Shown: piece by piece, positions 16,600 through 16,626 of the stretch | Layout of the letters: each line of letters starts with the position of its first letter | Numbering within the stretch: position 1 is the first letter of the stretch | NCBI GenBank assembly: GCA_026391215.1 | Contig: JAPLDX010000003.1 | Location: forward strand, 1 to 16,626 | Reading direction: 5' to 3' | Source of the DNA: Bacteroidia bacterium | Lineage (GTDB): Bacteria; Bacteroidota; Bacteroidia; Bacteroidales; VadinHA17 | DNA: 16,626 nucleotides | Notes under the pieces: model-generated | Databases searched by the model: none | Told to the model about the DNA's origin: nothing | What the model saw: the letters and a program-made list of their open reading frames with translations, nothing else | Program-made: the position numbers and the translations under genes

Positions 16600-16626
16600 A
16601 TTACATTTTCTCTTGTCATGACAAAA

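Overview
AT-rich chromosomal housekeeping region of a Bacteroidota (probably Bacteroidales) genome, judged from TAnnTTTG -7 promoter boxes and phylum-specific gldH, porW/sprE and porX genes. Gene order: pgk 5' end (-, partial, missed by the ORF track), then tpx, holB, PSP1/ricT, gldH, trmB, alkyltransferase-like gene, mrp/apbC, nifU-C, porW, porX, tsaE and an AlaDH-like gene (all +), an LD-carboxypeptidase (-), metG (+) and an HU-TM-SPOR gene (-). No transposase, integrase, CRISPR array or RNA gene is visible. The most unusual signals are non-coding. (1) Two inverted pairs of GC-rich hairpin + mirror-repeat units (4938-5066, 15549-15673) have intrastrand-triplex geometry, and one pair shows a three-way compensatory indel. 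(2) Four 7-bp-stem/3-nt-loop REP-like hairpins with covarying stems lie between the divergent pgk and tpx promoters. Several proteins lack canonical catalytic or ligand residues: the Cys-poor Mrp, the PAHR-type ATL and the AlaDH-like protein.
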